Source: Chitinophagales bacterium
Lineage (GTDB): Bacteria; Bacteroidota; Bacteroidia; Chitinophagales; UBA10324
Length of the DNA stretch: 64,000 nt
NCBI GenBank assembly: GCA_013816805.1
Contig: JACDDS010000003.1
Location: forward strand, 8,582-72,581
Direction of reading: 5' to 3'
Below, piece after piece: positions 55,423 to 64,000 of this stretch (within the stretch, counting starts at the first letter, position 1; every line of letters starts with the position of its first letter). The notes beneath the pieces were generated by a model, which saw only the letters and a list, made by a program, of their open reading frames with translations, was not told the origin of the DNA and ran no database searches. A program made the translations under genes and the position numbers.

Positions 55423-55535
55423 AAGTAGGTTTTTAATAAAGATGATTGTAATGGTAAGATAAAGATTAGAACGTTGACGTAGCTTCTTCCTGTGGCTATG
55501 AATATACCGTTACCATTTCAGCCTTTATAATTGAA

Positions 55536-55580
55536 TATCGCAACTCGCTATTTTCAATTACGGATTATCGCAACTCTCTA
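55536..55580. promoter_or_regulatory. two 15-nt direct repeats (tatcgcaactcGcta / tatcgcaactcTcta) spaced exactly 30 nt apart in a divergent promoter region
   Basis: Copies at 55536-55550 and 55566-55580, 14/15 identical. They lie between the divergent starts at 55422 (-) and 55662 (+). Confidence 0.35.
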
Positions 55581-55661
55581 AATTGGTTAATGAATAATCA
55601 GATTCAATACTTCGGTTCTTAAGTTCTTCCCAATATTTTTATATTAGAGAAAAAATCCGTC

Positions 55662-56696
55662 ATGGTTCGTCTATCCATTTTCTTTTCGGTGGTTATTTTG
55701 ATTATATCAGCCTGTAAACAGGATAGGACTGCGGAATATAAGACTGCGGTTTCCAATCAAAACTGCTGCAACTATTTTGAGCTGCCCGATTCGCTTTCTA
55801 AGAATGCAAATGTCCGCATGATCACAATAGATGGAAAATATAAAGTATGGACAAAGCAGTTTGGCAATGGCCCTATTAAAGTATTGCTTTTACATGGAGG
55901 CCCGGCTATGACACATGAATATATGGAGTGCTTTGAAAGCTTTTTCCCGAAGGCTGGCATTGAATTTTTTGAATACGATCAATTGGGATCCTATTATTCC
56001 GATCAGCCGGATGACAGCAGCTTGTGGACCACTGAAAGGTTTGTAGAAGAGGTAGAACAGGTAAGAAAAGCACTTGGTCTTGACAACACTAATTTTTATC
56101 TGCTGGGAAATTCATGGGGAGGCATACTTGCAATGGAATATGCATTAAAATATCAGAATAATCTGAAAGGGTTGATCGTATCAAATATGACTGCAAGCAT
56201 TCCGAGATACGAGCAATACAATACCACTCTCAGAAGCCAGATGAGAAAACCATTGCTCGATTCATTGGAATCTTTCGAAAGAAAGGGCGACGTTAATAAC
56301 CCTGCTTATACCAGCCTGGTAGAAACCAATTATTACAATGAGCACATCTGCCGGATAGTACCGTGGCCGGATCCGGTGCAGCGCAGCTTTAAGCATGTGA
56401 ACTCTGTGATCTATGTGATGATGCAGGGACCCAGCGAATTTAAAACCGGTGGCCGCTTATTGCACTGGGATCGCTGGAACGATCTGAAGAATATCCATGT
56501 GCCTACGCTGATGATCGGTGGAAAATACGATACCATGAATCCTGCTGATATGGAAGCGCAAAGTAAGCTGGTTCAGCATGGGAGATATTTATATTGTCCT
56601 AACGGAAGTCACCTTTCCATGTGGGATGACCAGGAGCATTACTATCCTGGCATTATTCAGTTTTTAAATGACGTGCAAAGCGGTAATTTTAAGTAG
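55662..56696 (+). CDS. proline iminopeptidase-family alpha/beta hydrolase, lipoprotein
   Basis: Lipobox LIISAC. LLLHGGPAMTHEYM (oxyanion HGGP) and GNSWGG (nucleophile elbow). Confidence 0.8.
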   Translation: MVRLSIFFSVVILIISACKQDRTAEYKTAVSNQNCCNYFELPDSLSKNANVRMITIDGKYKVWTKQFGNGPIKVLLLHGGPAMTHEYMECFESFFPKAGIEFFEYDQLGSYYSDQPDDSSLWTTERFVEEVEQVRKALGLDNTNFYLLGNSWGGILAMEYALKYQNNLKGLIVSNMTASIPRYEQYNTTLRSQMRKPLLDSLESFERKGDVNNPAYTSLVETNYYNEHICRIVPWPDPVQRSFKHVNSVIYVMMQGPSEFKTGGRLLHWDRWNDLKNIHVPTLMIGGKYDTMNPADMEAQSKLVQHGRYLYCPNGSHLSMWDDQEHYYPGIIQFLNDVQSGNFK

Positions 56697-56729
56697 CAGA
56701 TATTATCACAGTAAATGTGAATATGCCAA

Positions 56730-59198
56730 TCAGGGGTTTGAGATTTGTCTCCTTTTCAGCACCTGGTAATCGAGGTAATAAATAAATTTAACAGAAACGC
56801 CATTGGTTTGCGGGGTGCTGAAGGTCTTAGTGAAATTGTTATAATAATTATCTGCTCCTTTATCATCTGATTGGAAAATATTGTTTTTCCAGATCACATT
56901 TAAAAAGCTTCCGGGTGCACATTCCCAGGCAAATACAGCATCGATATTGAATACATTAAAATTAATGTCGTAGTCACCTGTAAAATCGGTAGTCCCTAAT
57001 GAGCCGTTTTCATTTAAATGATAAAACTTTGTCCAGTTTACACGGCTCCAGTAATAGCGTGCCCTGAATGTAAATATCATTTTAGGATTAAAGGCATAAT
57101 CGGCAGAGAGGGTGTTGGAGACAGTTGATGTGTTCCGTGCACCAAAAATAATGTTGCTGTTGTCCATATCTACATAACTCTTGGTACCCAGATCCCGGCT
57201 TACATACAATGAATAAGAAAGCTGAACATGATCGTTAAGGGTCCATTTAGGATTCAATGAGAGATCCACAAAGGGGTTATCAGGCCCTGCGCCATCACCA
57301 TATCCAAGATTTCCATTTAAGGACAATTTTTTCCTGTAATCGGTTCCTAAAAAGAAATTCAGATAAGCATATGGATTCGAATAATACCTTCTTCCGGCCA
57401 CGCGCGGCTCGTAATAGTCATAATACCAGAATGGCTTGGTATAGATGGAAATTTGAGCCTGGTAAAAATTTTTAAACTGGCAAGAGAATCCGCTGTTTCC
57501 TTCCCATTCCTGGTACTGCAAAGGCACTACCTGTGTTTTGAAATTTATGCTCGTCCAGAAATTAATGCTGCTAAAATGCCCTTTTTTCAATTCCTGGTTA
57601 TAGTAGTTGAAGCCTGCGCCATTAGTCATCTGGTTACTGTAGTATAGAATGCCCAGGTCGTTTTGATTATAGTTTGGAGTTATCACTTCATGCCATACCC
57701 ATTCTGTAAACTTGCCTTTAATGTCATTCAGGTTTACATTATAATATCCTCCATTGGTATTTCCATTTGCACCATCGAAGCGGGCGCTGAAATTTGCAAA
57801 CCCTGCTAACTTCCAGGCATTTTCTTTATCCCGAAAGTCGAAGTGGCTGGATGTAACATTGGCATCAGGTGCCGATCCGCTCCGCCATACATTGGTGTTT
57901 TCCAGGCTTATTTTTGAATTATGTTTTAAAGATTGATCCAAAACAAATACATTATAATTTGTTACTGTGGCGGTTTGAATTTTCCGGGTTGTACCTGTTT
58001 CATCATTCTTTATTTCAGCATAAGAGGGCCGGGAAACAGCATTTAGTATTCCAATGCCAAGGCCATCATCAGTTCTCCCCGAAAACTTGGTTGCATTATA
58101 TAGTTTTGAATCAGATGGATTTTTTATTATTGTTTCATTGTCCTGTGCCAGGTTAAATACATCAAAACGGTATATAGGTTGTCCGCCAATTCTTCTCGAA
58201 TAAAATACCTGGGGTGAATTATTATTACCGTTTACATTATCCTGGTTAAACAATTCGGTTCCTTCAGTAAAGAAAGGTCGCTTTTCATTGAATTTAGTTT
58301 CGAAGGGCGAAATATTGAGCACTATATTATCACTTTGCACCTGGCCGAAATCAGGTATTAAAGTGGCATCGAGTGTAAAGCTTTCGTTGATACCGTATTT
58401 AACATCGACACCTCCGCCAAATAATTTATCGGTTACGTATTCCGGGGGATCATAGCTTGTGGGTGAAACCTGGAATCCCGCCGTTAAATATGGAGAAAAG
58501 GATAGCCGTAAAGGCGGATGAATATTTTCGAGACCAATTAACTTTCCCCATTGATTTATGCGGCCTGCCACTTTAGGATCAATCGGGCTCCAGGTGCTTA
58601 GTTCCCCATTACGTATAATTTCCCGTCCAAATTGAATACCCCAGTTCTGTAAAGACTTTGATGGAAACCGAATTGCAGAATAAGGAATTTTTATTTCACA
58701 AACCCATCCGTCTTTTTTAATAGAAACTGCACTTTGCCATACTGCATCCCAACTATCGTCATGGTCATTGGAAGGGGATCCTTTTTCATCATACTGAACA
58801 CCTGCAGCCGTCACTAAAAACCGATATCCGTTTATGCCATCGTCATAGGTATCAAAGCCCACTACAAAATGATCTGCCAATGCATCTGCATTATCGCGTT
58901 GAGATAATTGATGCTTAATTTTACCGGGTGTTGAATCGTACATATAAGAGCCAATATAAATGGCCACATCATCATATATTATTTTGGTCTCAGTTCGCTG
59001 ACTTGCTGACTTGCCATACTCTGGTGTTGCTGTAATAAAATTGGAAGCTATAGGCACATTTTGCCAGCAGACTTCATCTAAAGCACCATCAATCTTAGGG
59101 GGAGAATTTACTCTGGTAGCTTCGATAGTAGGTTTTTGTCCAAAAACAGCTGTGATTTCAATAAAAAATAAAAGGATAATGGTAAAGGTAACTTTCAT
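56730..59198 (-). CDS. CBM9-like domain + DUF5916 outer-membrane protein
   Basis: Signal peptide, then PKIDGALDEVCWQNVPIASNF (CBM9-type N-domain), then a ~600-aa aromatic-rich beta-barrel-like region. Size 822 aa. Confidence 0.65.
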   Translation of the reverse strand: MKVTFTIILLFFIEITAVFGQKPTIEATRVNSPPKIDGALDEVCWQNVPIASNFITATPEYGKSASQRTETKIIYDDVAIYIGSYMYDSTPGKIKHQLSQRDNADALADHFVVGFDTYDDGINGYRFLVTAAGVQYDEKGSPSNDHDDSWDAVWQSAVSIKKDGWVCEIKIPYSAIRFPSKSLQNWGIQFGREIIRNGELSTWSPIDPKVAGRINQWGKLIGLENIHPPLRLSFSPYLTAGFQVSPTSYDPPEYVTDKLFGGGVDVKYGINESFTLDATLIPDFGQVQSDNIVLNISPFETKFNEKRPFFTEGTELFNQDNVNGNNNSPQVFYSRRIGGQPIYRFDVFNLAQDNETIIKNPSDSKLYNATKFSGRTDDGLGIGILNAVSRPSYAEIKNDETGTTRKIQTATVTNYNVFVLDQSLKHNSKISLENTNVWRSGSAPDANVTSSHFDFRDKENAWKLAGFANFSARFDGANGNTNGGYYNVNLNDIKGKFTEWVWHEVITPNYNQNDLGILYYSNQMTNGAGFNYYNQELKKGHFSSINFWTSINFKTQVVPLQYQEWEGNSGFSCQFKNFYQAQISIYTKPFWYYDYYEPRVAGRRYYSNPYAYLNFFLGTDYRKKLSLNGNLGYGDGAGPDNPFVDLSLNPKWTLNDHVQLSYSLYVSRDLGTKSYVDMDNSNIIFGARNTSTVSNTLSADYAFNPKMIFTFRARYYWSRVNWTKFYHLNENGSLGTTDFTGDYDINFNVFNIDAVFAWECAPGSFLNVIWKNNIFQSDDKGADNYYNNFTKTFSTPQTNGVSVKFIYYLDYQVLKRRQISNP

Positions 59199-59431
59199 GG
59201 TTACTGAACGGCAAGATAGGAAATCAAGTATTGAATTATTTTAATAAAAGAAACTAAGTCGTCTGTAAAAAAATTGTATGGAAAGGTCAATTAAAAATTT
59301 TTTAGACCAAAAAGAACTGCATATAGACAAATAAATTTTATTTGAATCCTTTAAAAATTTTCGGGGATTATTAAGATACTAATAGAATAGTTGACAGAAA
59401 TATTAAAAAGAAGTTTTTAGCTCCAATGTTT

Positions 59432-60019
59432 TTATTCTATAAGATAGTTTTTTTTCATCCTTAAATTATTGGATGCTATTTCCACTGCTACTATTACAAT
59501 GAAAAGGAGCACAATGGAAAAAATCCACCCGGTTATCAATTGTTTAATAAGAGAACTCTCTCTTTCTTCCACAATACGAAGCGATCTTCCTGCAACAACA
59601 AATCCGTTGAATGCTCCCTGGACATGCAGGATTTCAAGAGCGCTTCTTACTTCCTTACGTGGTTGCCAGGTAATCCTGTCTTCAGCATTTTGTTTAGTGT
59701 AATCCAGGACACCATCAGGCATTGTTGGAATTTTTCCATCGAGCACACCATCTGATGCAATACTTTTTCCAGTCTCATCGAATAGGATCAGATATGGGTT
59801 TAAGCTTTGTGAAATTTCAGTCATTTTCGCCGAAACCAGAGTTTGCGGTTTAGCGCCATTTTTAAGTGCAAATGCTGCATCTTCTGCCATTTGTATTTGA
59901 GGGTCATTGGCATTGCTCCTGTAAGTCTGTTGAACGGTTACGTAGATAAGCAAACATACTGCTGAGATAATAGCTGCTGTCGGTATCCAAAACTTTAAAA
60001 CAGGGATTATGGTTTTCAT
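59432..60019 (-). CDS. hypothetical membrane protein (N- and C-terminal TM helices flanking a ~130-aa extracytoplasmic domain)
   Basis: TM segments IPTAAIISAVCLLIYVTV and GWIFSIVLLFIVIVAVEIA. I recognise no family. Confidence 0.5.
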   Translation of the reverse strand: MKTIIPVLKFWIPTAAIISAVCLLIYVTVQQTYRSNANDPQIQMAEDAAFALKNGAKPQTLVSAKMTEISQSLNPYLILFDETGKSIASDGVLDGKIPTMPDGVLDYTKQNAEDRITWQPRKEVRSALEILHVQGAFNGFVVAGRSLRIVEERESSLIKQLITGWIFSIVLLFIVIVAVEIASNNLRMKKNYLIE

Positions 60020-60342
60020 GATGAACGGGTTTAAGTTTATATTTTATTTTTCAAGATGAGTCTATAGTTTTCCATACAGAAATTAGCCTTAAATGCGTTC
60101 GACCGTTTCTGATCCGGTATTAGGAGTATTCAGGATGTTTATTAATGATCTCTTTTTTAAAAGCGGTAGTTGAATGGGTTTCTCATATTTCATAGTTATT
60201 TGTCATTGAGAGTACTTTGAAATACAAAGTAAGATAAAAATATTCAGAAAAAAAAACAATTATCATAAAAATCTATATTAGAGTGTTTAGAGTTTTAACG
60301 GTAAGCAGCTATTGATAGAAATGATGGCTGCAATTTATCAGA

Positions 60343-61971
60343 TTATTTAAGCCTGATATCCGTTATAGGCTTTCCTGTGCAGCCACTTGGAAAAGCAATA
60401 TTGAGCCAGTTGGAAACGGTAGGAGCAATATCTGAAATTACTACCGACGCGGCAGAGCTTCCATGCGGAACCTTCCAACCATAAAAAATTAATGGCACAT
60501 GGTTGTCATAAGAATAGATGGTACCGTGAGAACTGCCTTTCATGGAAGTCCAGTCTACCCATCCCGGTGAAACCGAAAATAAAATATCACCCGAACGGCC
60601 ATGCTGGTATCCATTCATGATCAGTTGCTCCACATAATCTGAGCAATCATTTAAGATCGGATATTCGGGAACTGTAACACACAGCACCTCTTTTTTATTT
60701 AGTAAATATTCCTTCACCTTAACAGCTATTTCTTCGCAGGATTTTTTACTTTCTGCGATAAAATCATAATCCAGATACACCTGCTGAACAGTTACATCTG
60801 AAACCCAACTTCCGCGGCCATAAAAATTCGATATATAATTATTGATAGAATCTTTCCACTGATCAGACTGGACCAGCCCGCCTTCCAACTTATTATCTTC
60901 TGCAAATTGAGGATTAATGGCTACGCCATGATCAGCTGTAAGAAAAATTAATACATTGTTCAAGCCAACATACGAATCAAGAAATTTAAAAAGATCCTGC
61001 AGGTCTCTGTCAAGACGCAGGTAGCAATCTTCCGTTTCCAGTGAATTAGGTCCGAATTTATGGCCTATCAAGTCAGTAGAAGAAAAGCTGATACACAAAA
61101 AATCAGTAGCATTTTGTTTTCCCAATTGCTCACTTTTAATGGCGTTTATAGCAATATCCTTTGTCATGGTATTAGCAAATGGAGTGAATGGCAAAATGCT
61201 GTAGTCATGCTTGCCTAAATGATGGGGAAAGATGGGCAGTGTTTCATTAGAGAGAGGATCTTCATATATAACAGAATCACCGGTACATTGTTTATATCTA
61301 TCACGCTGCAACAATAAGCCCCAGGTTTGATTGAGATATTGGTTAGTTCCATCACGCCTGTTATAATCACTAAGCCAATCCGGTAAACTTTTTTTATACC
61401 AGGTGCTGGTAATCCATTTCCCTGTCTTTGCATCGTACCAGTAAGCACCATCTGCCATATGGCCTGCTGGCATTATAGCTGCACGATCTTTAAGCGCTAT
61501 TCCAATTACCCGCGATTGTTTGCTGGCTAACTTCAATTCATCAGTCATGGTAGAAGATCTTAACAAATACGGAGACATAGATTGAGTTTGTATCTCTAAG
61601 CCAGTTGTAAATGTTCCCGAGTCCGAAGCGCAATAGATTTCTTTTTTGCTTAAGCGGTCGTACCAGATATTATCCACAATTCCATGTATGGATGGAGTAG
61701 CTCCGGTATAAATAGTGCTATGGCCAGGGCCTGTTGTTGTAAGGAAATAATTATACCGGGCATCCTGGCATAAAAAACCATCATTCACCAGCCTTTTAAA
61801 ACCACCATCACTGTACAAATCCCAGAAACGGAATAAAAAATCATAGCGCATTTGATCCACCACAATACCCACCACTAATTTTGGTTTTGCAGGGATGGAA
61901 GAGGATGATTTTTGCGCGAAAGCAGGACTGCTGATAAGAAACATCCCAATAAACAGTAATAGCTTTTTCAT
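60343..61971 (-). CDS. pafA: PafA-type alkaline phosphatase (nucleotide pyrophosphatase/phosphodiesterase superfamily)
   Basis: Collinear with Elizabethkingia PafA as I recall it: PKLVVGIVVDQMRYD, TGPGHSTIYTG..PSIHGI, SFSSTDLIGHKFGPNS, YLRLDRDL, LTADHG and FPSGCTGKPIT. Confidence 0.75.
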   Translation of the reverse strand: MKKLLLFIGMFLISSPAFAQKSSSSIPAKPKLVVGIVVDQMRYDFLFRFWDLYSDGGFKRLVNDGFLCQDARYNYFLTTTGPGHSTIYTGATPSIHGIVDNIWYDRLSKKEIYCASDSGTFTTGLEIQTQSMSPYLLRSSTMTDELKLASKQSRVIGIALKDRAAIMPAGHMADGAYWYDAKTGKWITSTWYKKSLPDWLSDYNRRDGTNQYLNQTWGLLLQRDRYKQCTGDSVIYEDPLSNETLPIFPHHLGKHDYSILPFTPFANTMTKDIAINAIKSEQLGKQNATDFLCISFSSTDLIGHKFGPNSLETEDCYLRLDRDLQDLFKFLDSYVGLNNVLIFLTADHGVAINPQFAEDNKLEGGLVQSDQWKDSINNYISNFYGRGSWVSDVTVQQVYLDYDFIAESKKSCEEIAVKVKEYLLNKKEVLCVTVPEYPILNDCSDYVEQLIMNGYQHGRSGDILFSVSPGWVDWTSMKGSSHGTIYSYDNHVPLIFYGWKVPHGSSAASVVISDIAPTVSNWLNIAFPSGCTGKPITDIRLK

Positions 61972-62214
61972 TTGCGGGTATATTATTCTTTTTTTTCAGC
62001 TGATTCTTCAGATGCTATTTACTGAAAGAAGAACAAATATCAGAGAAGATTTTTTATATGAAAGAACTAAATGGCTTGAAACGAAATCAAAATCCGAACT
62101 TCTGATCAGTTTTAATTATAACCTTCGTGAATTCCGGCACAAAATTATCTTTACTTAATTATTCAAAATACCGGGCACTAACCGGTTGTAGCTATAGCAA
62201 TTAACCATGTTTTT

Positions 62215-63684
62215 ATGCTGAAAAATCTTTTCCTCTTTTTGCCTGCCATACTTATTCTGTGTTGTGAATCCTTTACGATTACAAATAGAAGCGTAAAAAA
62301 ACCTGTTTTGCAGAAAGATTATTTAGTATTTCAAGATAGCGCTCTCCAGTCCGGGGCATTAGCAAATACCACAGCGAGTGGAATTACCATAACGGTAAAT
62401 TCCTCGGCTTCAGGGTCGGTGAACAACTATATTTTTGGAATGATGACGGAGAATTACCTGGAGAAATGGAATACACATGAAGCGCAATTTGTAAAACTTG
62501 TCAATAATTTAGGCATTACCCATTTTCAATATCCGGGAGGGAGTATCAGTTACTGGTGGCATTATGATCCCAATGGAGCAGGCTATGGAATAAAAGAGAG
62601 TGAATACACAGGGTTTCGCCATGGTAAGAGTGGTGCGGCGAATGAAAATTTTCTGAATAAGTTTATTGATATGTGTAAAGCAACAAATGCAAACGCCATA
62701 TTCGTAGCAAATTTTCTTACCGGAAATCCTGATGAGCTGGACGGAGCTATTGACCAGACTCAGCGCAGTGGAGTAAAAGTGGTTGAGGTAATTTTAGGTG
62801 TTGAATTGCATATTCCTGCTGTGCAGGATAAAATATCGCTGCAACAATATTTAGATCGGGCTCAAAAATATATTGCCATGCTGCGCAGTAAATATCCTTC
62901 GATAAAAATTTATGCGGACGGTGCACCTGTGCATAGAGCAGCGAATAATCAATATTTTCAGCAGTGGAATAGTGCTGTTTCAAAGTTGCAGGGAATTGAT
63001 GGTATGGTTCAATATCAGTGGTGGTGGCCTTCTTACGGAGGTGTATCACAACAAGATCAGTTCAGCCATGGGCTGGATGATTTGAAGAGCTTTATGTCGC
63101 AGCTGGATAATGTGAACGCCGCCTTAGGAAGCTATTCCAACCACTGGGTAATTGATCAATGGGGTATTAAGGAAGAGGCAAAACCGGTATATGGCGGAAC
63201 CATGTTACAGATGCTGCATTTGGTTTGGTATCCTTTGTATGTTACAGACTATAATTATCACCATCCGGGATTCTATCAAACCGTAGAGTACATGAAGCTT
63301 GGCAGCAATTACGTTCAGGACCTAATAAAGCTGAATAATAATAAAAATCAGGGAGCAGGATATCATCTGAATCCTGCCTATTATGCGGTGAAATTTGCAT
63401 CAGTAATTAAAGATTCAAAATATGCTCCGGCAACAGTAAATGGCTCAAAAGATATAAAAGCATATTATTTTGAAAAAAATAACAGGAAGTACCTGTTCGT
63501 AATTAATCTAACTGCTGATGCTGCAAATTTACCAGGGGTAACGGTGAATGGGAATTTATTAAATGCAACACTGGTACAGGCTTATTGGTCAGACAAGTTA
63601 TCAAGTGATGTTTCAGGCATTAATTCAAGTACCGGAGGAAGCCTGATTAATCCCTATTCAGTTTCTTACTATGAACTGAAATAA
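62215..63684 (+). CDS. secreted GH51-like (beta/alpha)8-type protein, paralogous to the N-domain of 39359..42820
   Basis: Lipoprotein-like N-terminus (ILILCC). FQYPGGSISYWW (compare GH51 RxPGGNFvS.Y.W), ILGVELH (compare GNE) and IDQWGI (compare DEW). Shares WWWP, DQWGIK and YLFVINL blocks with the 1153-aa protein. Confidence 0.55.
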   Translation: MLKNLFLFLPAILILCCESFTITNRSVKKPVLQKDYLVFQDSALQSGALANTTASGITITVNSSASGSVNNYIFGMMTENYLEKWNTHEAQFVKLVNNLGITHFQYPGGSISYWWHYDPNGAGYGIKESEYTGFRHGKSGAANENFLNKFIDMCKATNANAIFVANFLTGNPDELDGAIDQTQRSGVKVVEVILGVELHIPAVQDKISLQQYLDRAQKYIAMLRSKYPSIKIYADGAPVHRAANNQYFQQWNSAVSKLQGIDGMVQYQWWWPSYGGVSQQDQFSHGLDDLKSFMSQLDNVNAALGSYSNHWVIDQWGIKEEAKPVYGGTMLQMLHLVWYPLYVTDYNYHHPGFYQTVEYMKLGSNYVQDLIKLNNNKNQGAGYHLNPAYYAVKFASVIKDSKYAPATVNGSKDIKAYYFEKNNRKYLFVINLTADAANLPGVTVNGNLLNATLVQAYWSDKLSSDVSGINSSTGGSLINPYSVSYYELK

Positions 63685-63776
63685 GAATATAGCAAAGTCT
63701 GTAATTGGCAGAGGTGCGCTATGTGAAAGGATGGAGGTTTTTACATCACGGCCAAATAGTTGCACCATAATTCCTG

Positions 63777-64000
63777 CTATTTCTCCAACACTTCATCAAC
63801 CAAAATTCTGCCGCAATGCTCACAAACCAGAATTTTTTTATGCTGACGAATTTCCATTTGTGTCTGAGGAGGAATGGCATTGAAACATCCGCCACATGAA
63901 TTACGCTGAACAGTAACTACCGCTAGTCCATTCTTATAAGAAGTGCGGATACGATTGTATGCATGAAACAACCGGTCTTCAATTTTTGACTGTTGCTCCT
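63777..64000 (-). CDS. C4 zinc-ribbon protein (COG1579-like), C-terminal part; the 5' end lies outside the window
   Basis: CGGC...CEHCGRIL zinc ribbon preceded by YNRIR. The frame stays open to the window edge upstream of the ORF-track Met. Confidence 0.65.
   Translation of the reverse strand, partial: EQQSKIEDRLFHAYNRIRTSYKNGLAVVTVQRNSCGGCFNAIPPQTQMEIRQHKKILVCEHCGRILVDEVLEK

Noticed and set aside
62135-62150. Sigma-54-like element cGGCAC-aaaat-TATC, 65-80 nt upstream of the GH51-like gene at 62215.
   Set aside because: The -24 half is good (GGCAC), but the -12 half reads TATC instead of TTGC, losing the conserved G of the GC dinucleotide. That is too weak to call without a position weight matrix and experimental support.
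1-64000. Looked for CRISPR arrays, tRNA/rRNA/tmRNA genes, transposases, integrases, phage genes, toxin-antitoxin pairs and defence-type ATPase/nuclease clusters.
   Set aside because: I found no regularly spaced short repeats, no T-loop-like GGTTCGAATCC contexts outside CDS, and no ORF with recombinase, nuclease or defence-type motifs. Without covariance-model tools, small ncRNAs cannot be excluded.

Overview
This is a 64-kb chromosomal segment from an AT-rich Bacteroidota genome. The phylum call rests on many T9SS C-terminal sorting domains, a DUF4270 lipoprotein, a PafA-type phosphatase, a CBM9/DUF5916 protein and panC-glgA'-DUF4270-glmS synteny. I support about 44 protein genes and found no rRNA, tRNA, CRISPR array, transposase, integrase or prophage genes. 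Housekeeping genes (panD, panC, glmS, plsY, prmA, topA, cmoA, an EF-G paralog) alternate with secreted proteins, and 7 genes end in T9SS sorting domains. There is no recognisable defence, toxin or biosynthetic cluster. The best candidates for undescribed biology are listed here:
- A terminator-bounded operon of two DUF4331 paralogs (17126-21039), only one of which carries a T9SS tail. It sits next to a T9SS protein built from four 153-aa repeats whose central DNA units are near-identical.
- cmoA (Cx-SAM synthase) abutting an ICMT-like membrane methyltransferase, with no cmoB in the window.
- A paralogous GH51-like domain in two secreted proteins, with Gln where the GH51 'DEW' nucleophile Glu is expected.
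- A tightly coupled panD / MprF-flippase-like / RfaE2-like operon.
- A block of three T9SS cargo genes with homogenised sorting domains and repeated flanks.
A PhrB-type photolyase-related gene is split by a 1-nt frameshift. All family calls come from reading the translations and recalling motifs. No database search was run, so the functional hypotheses are inference.
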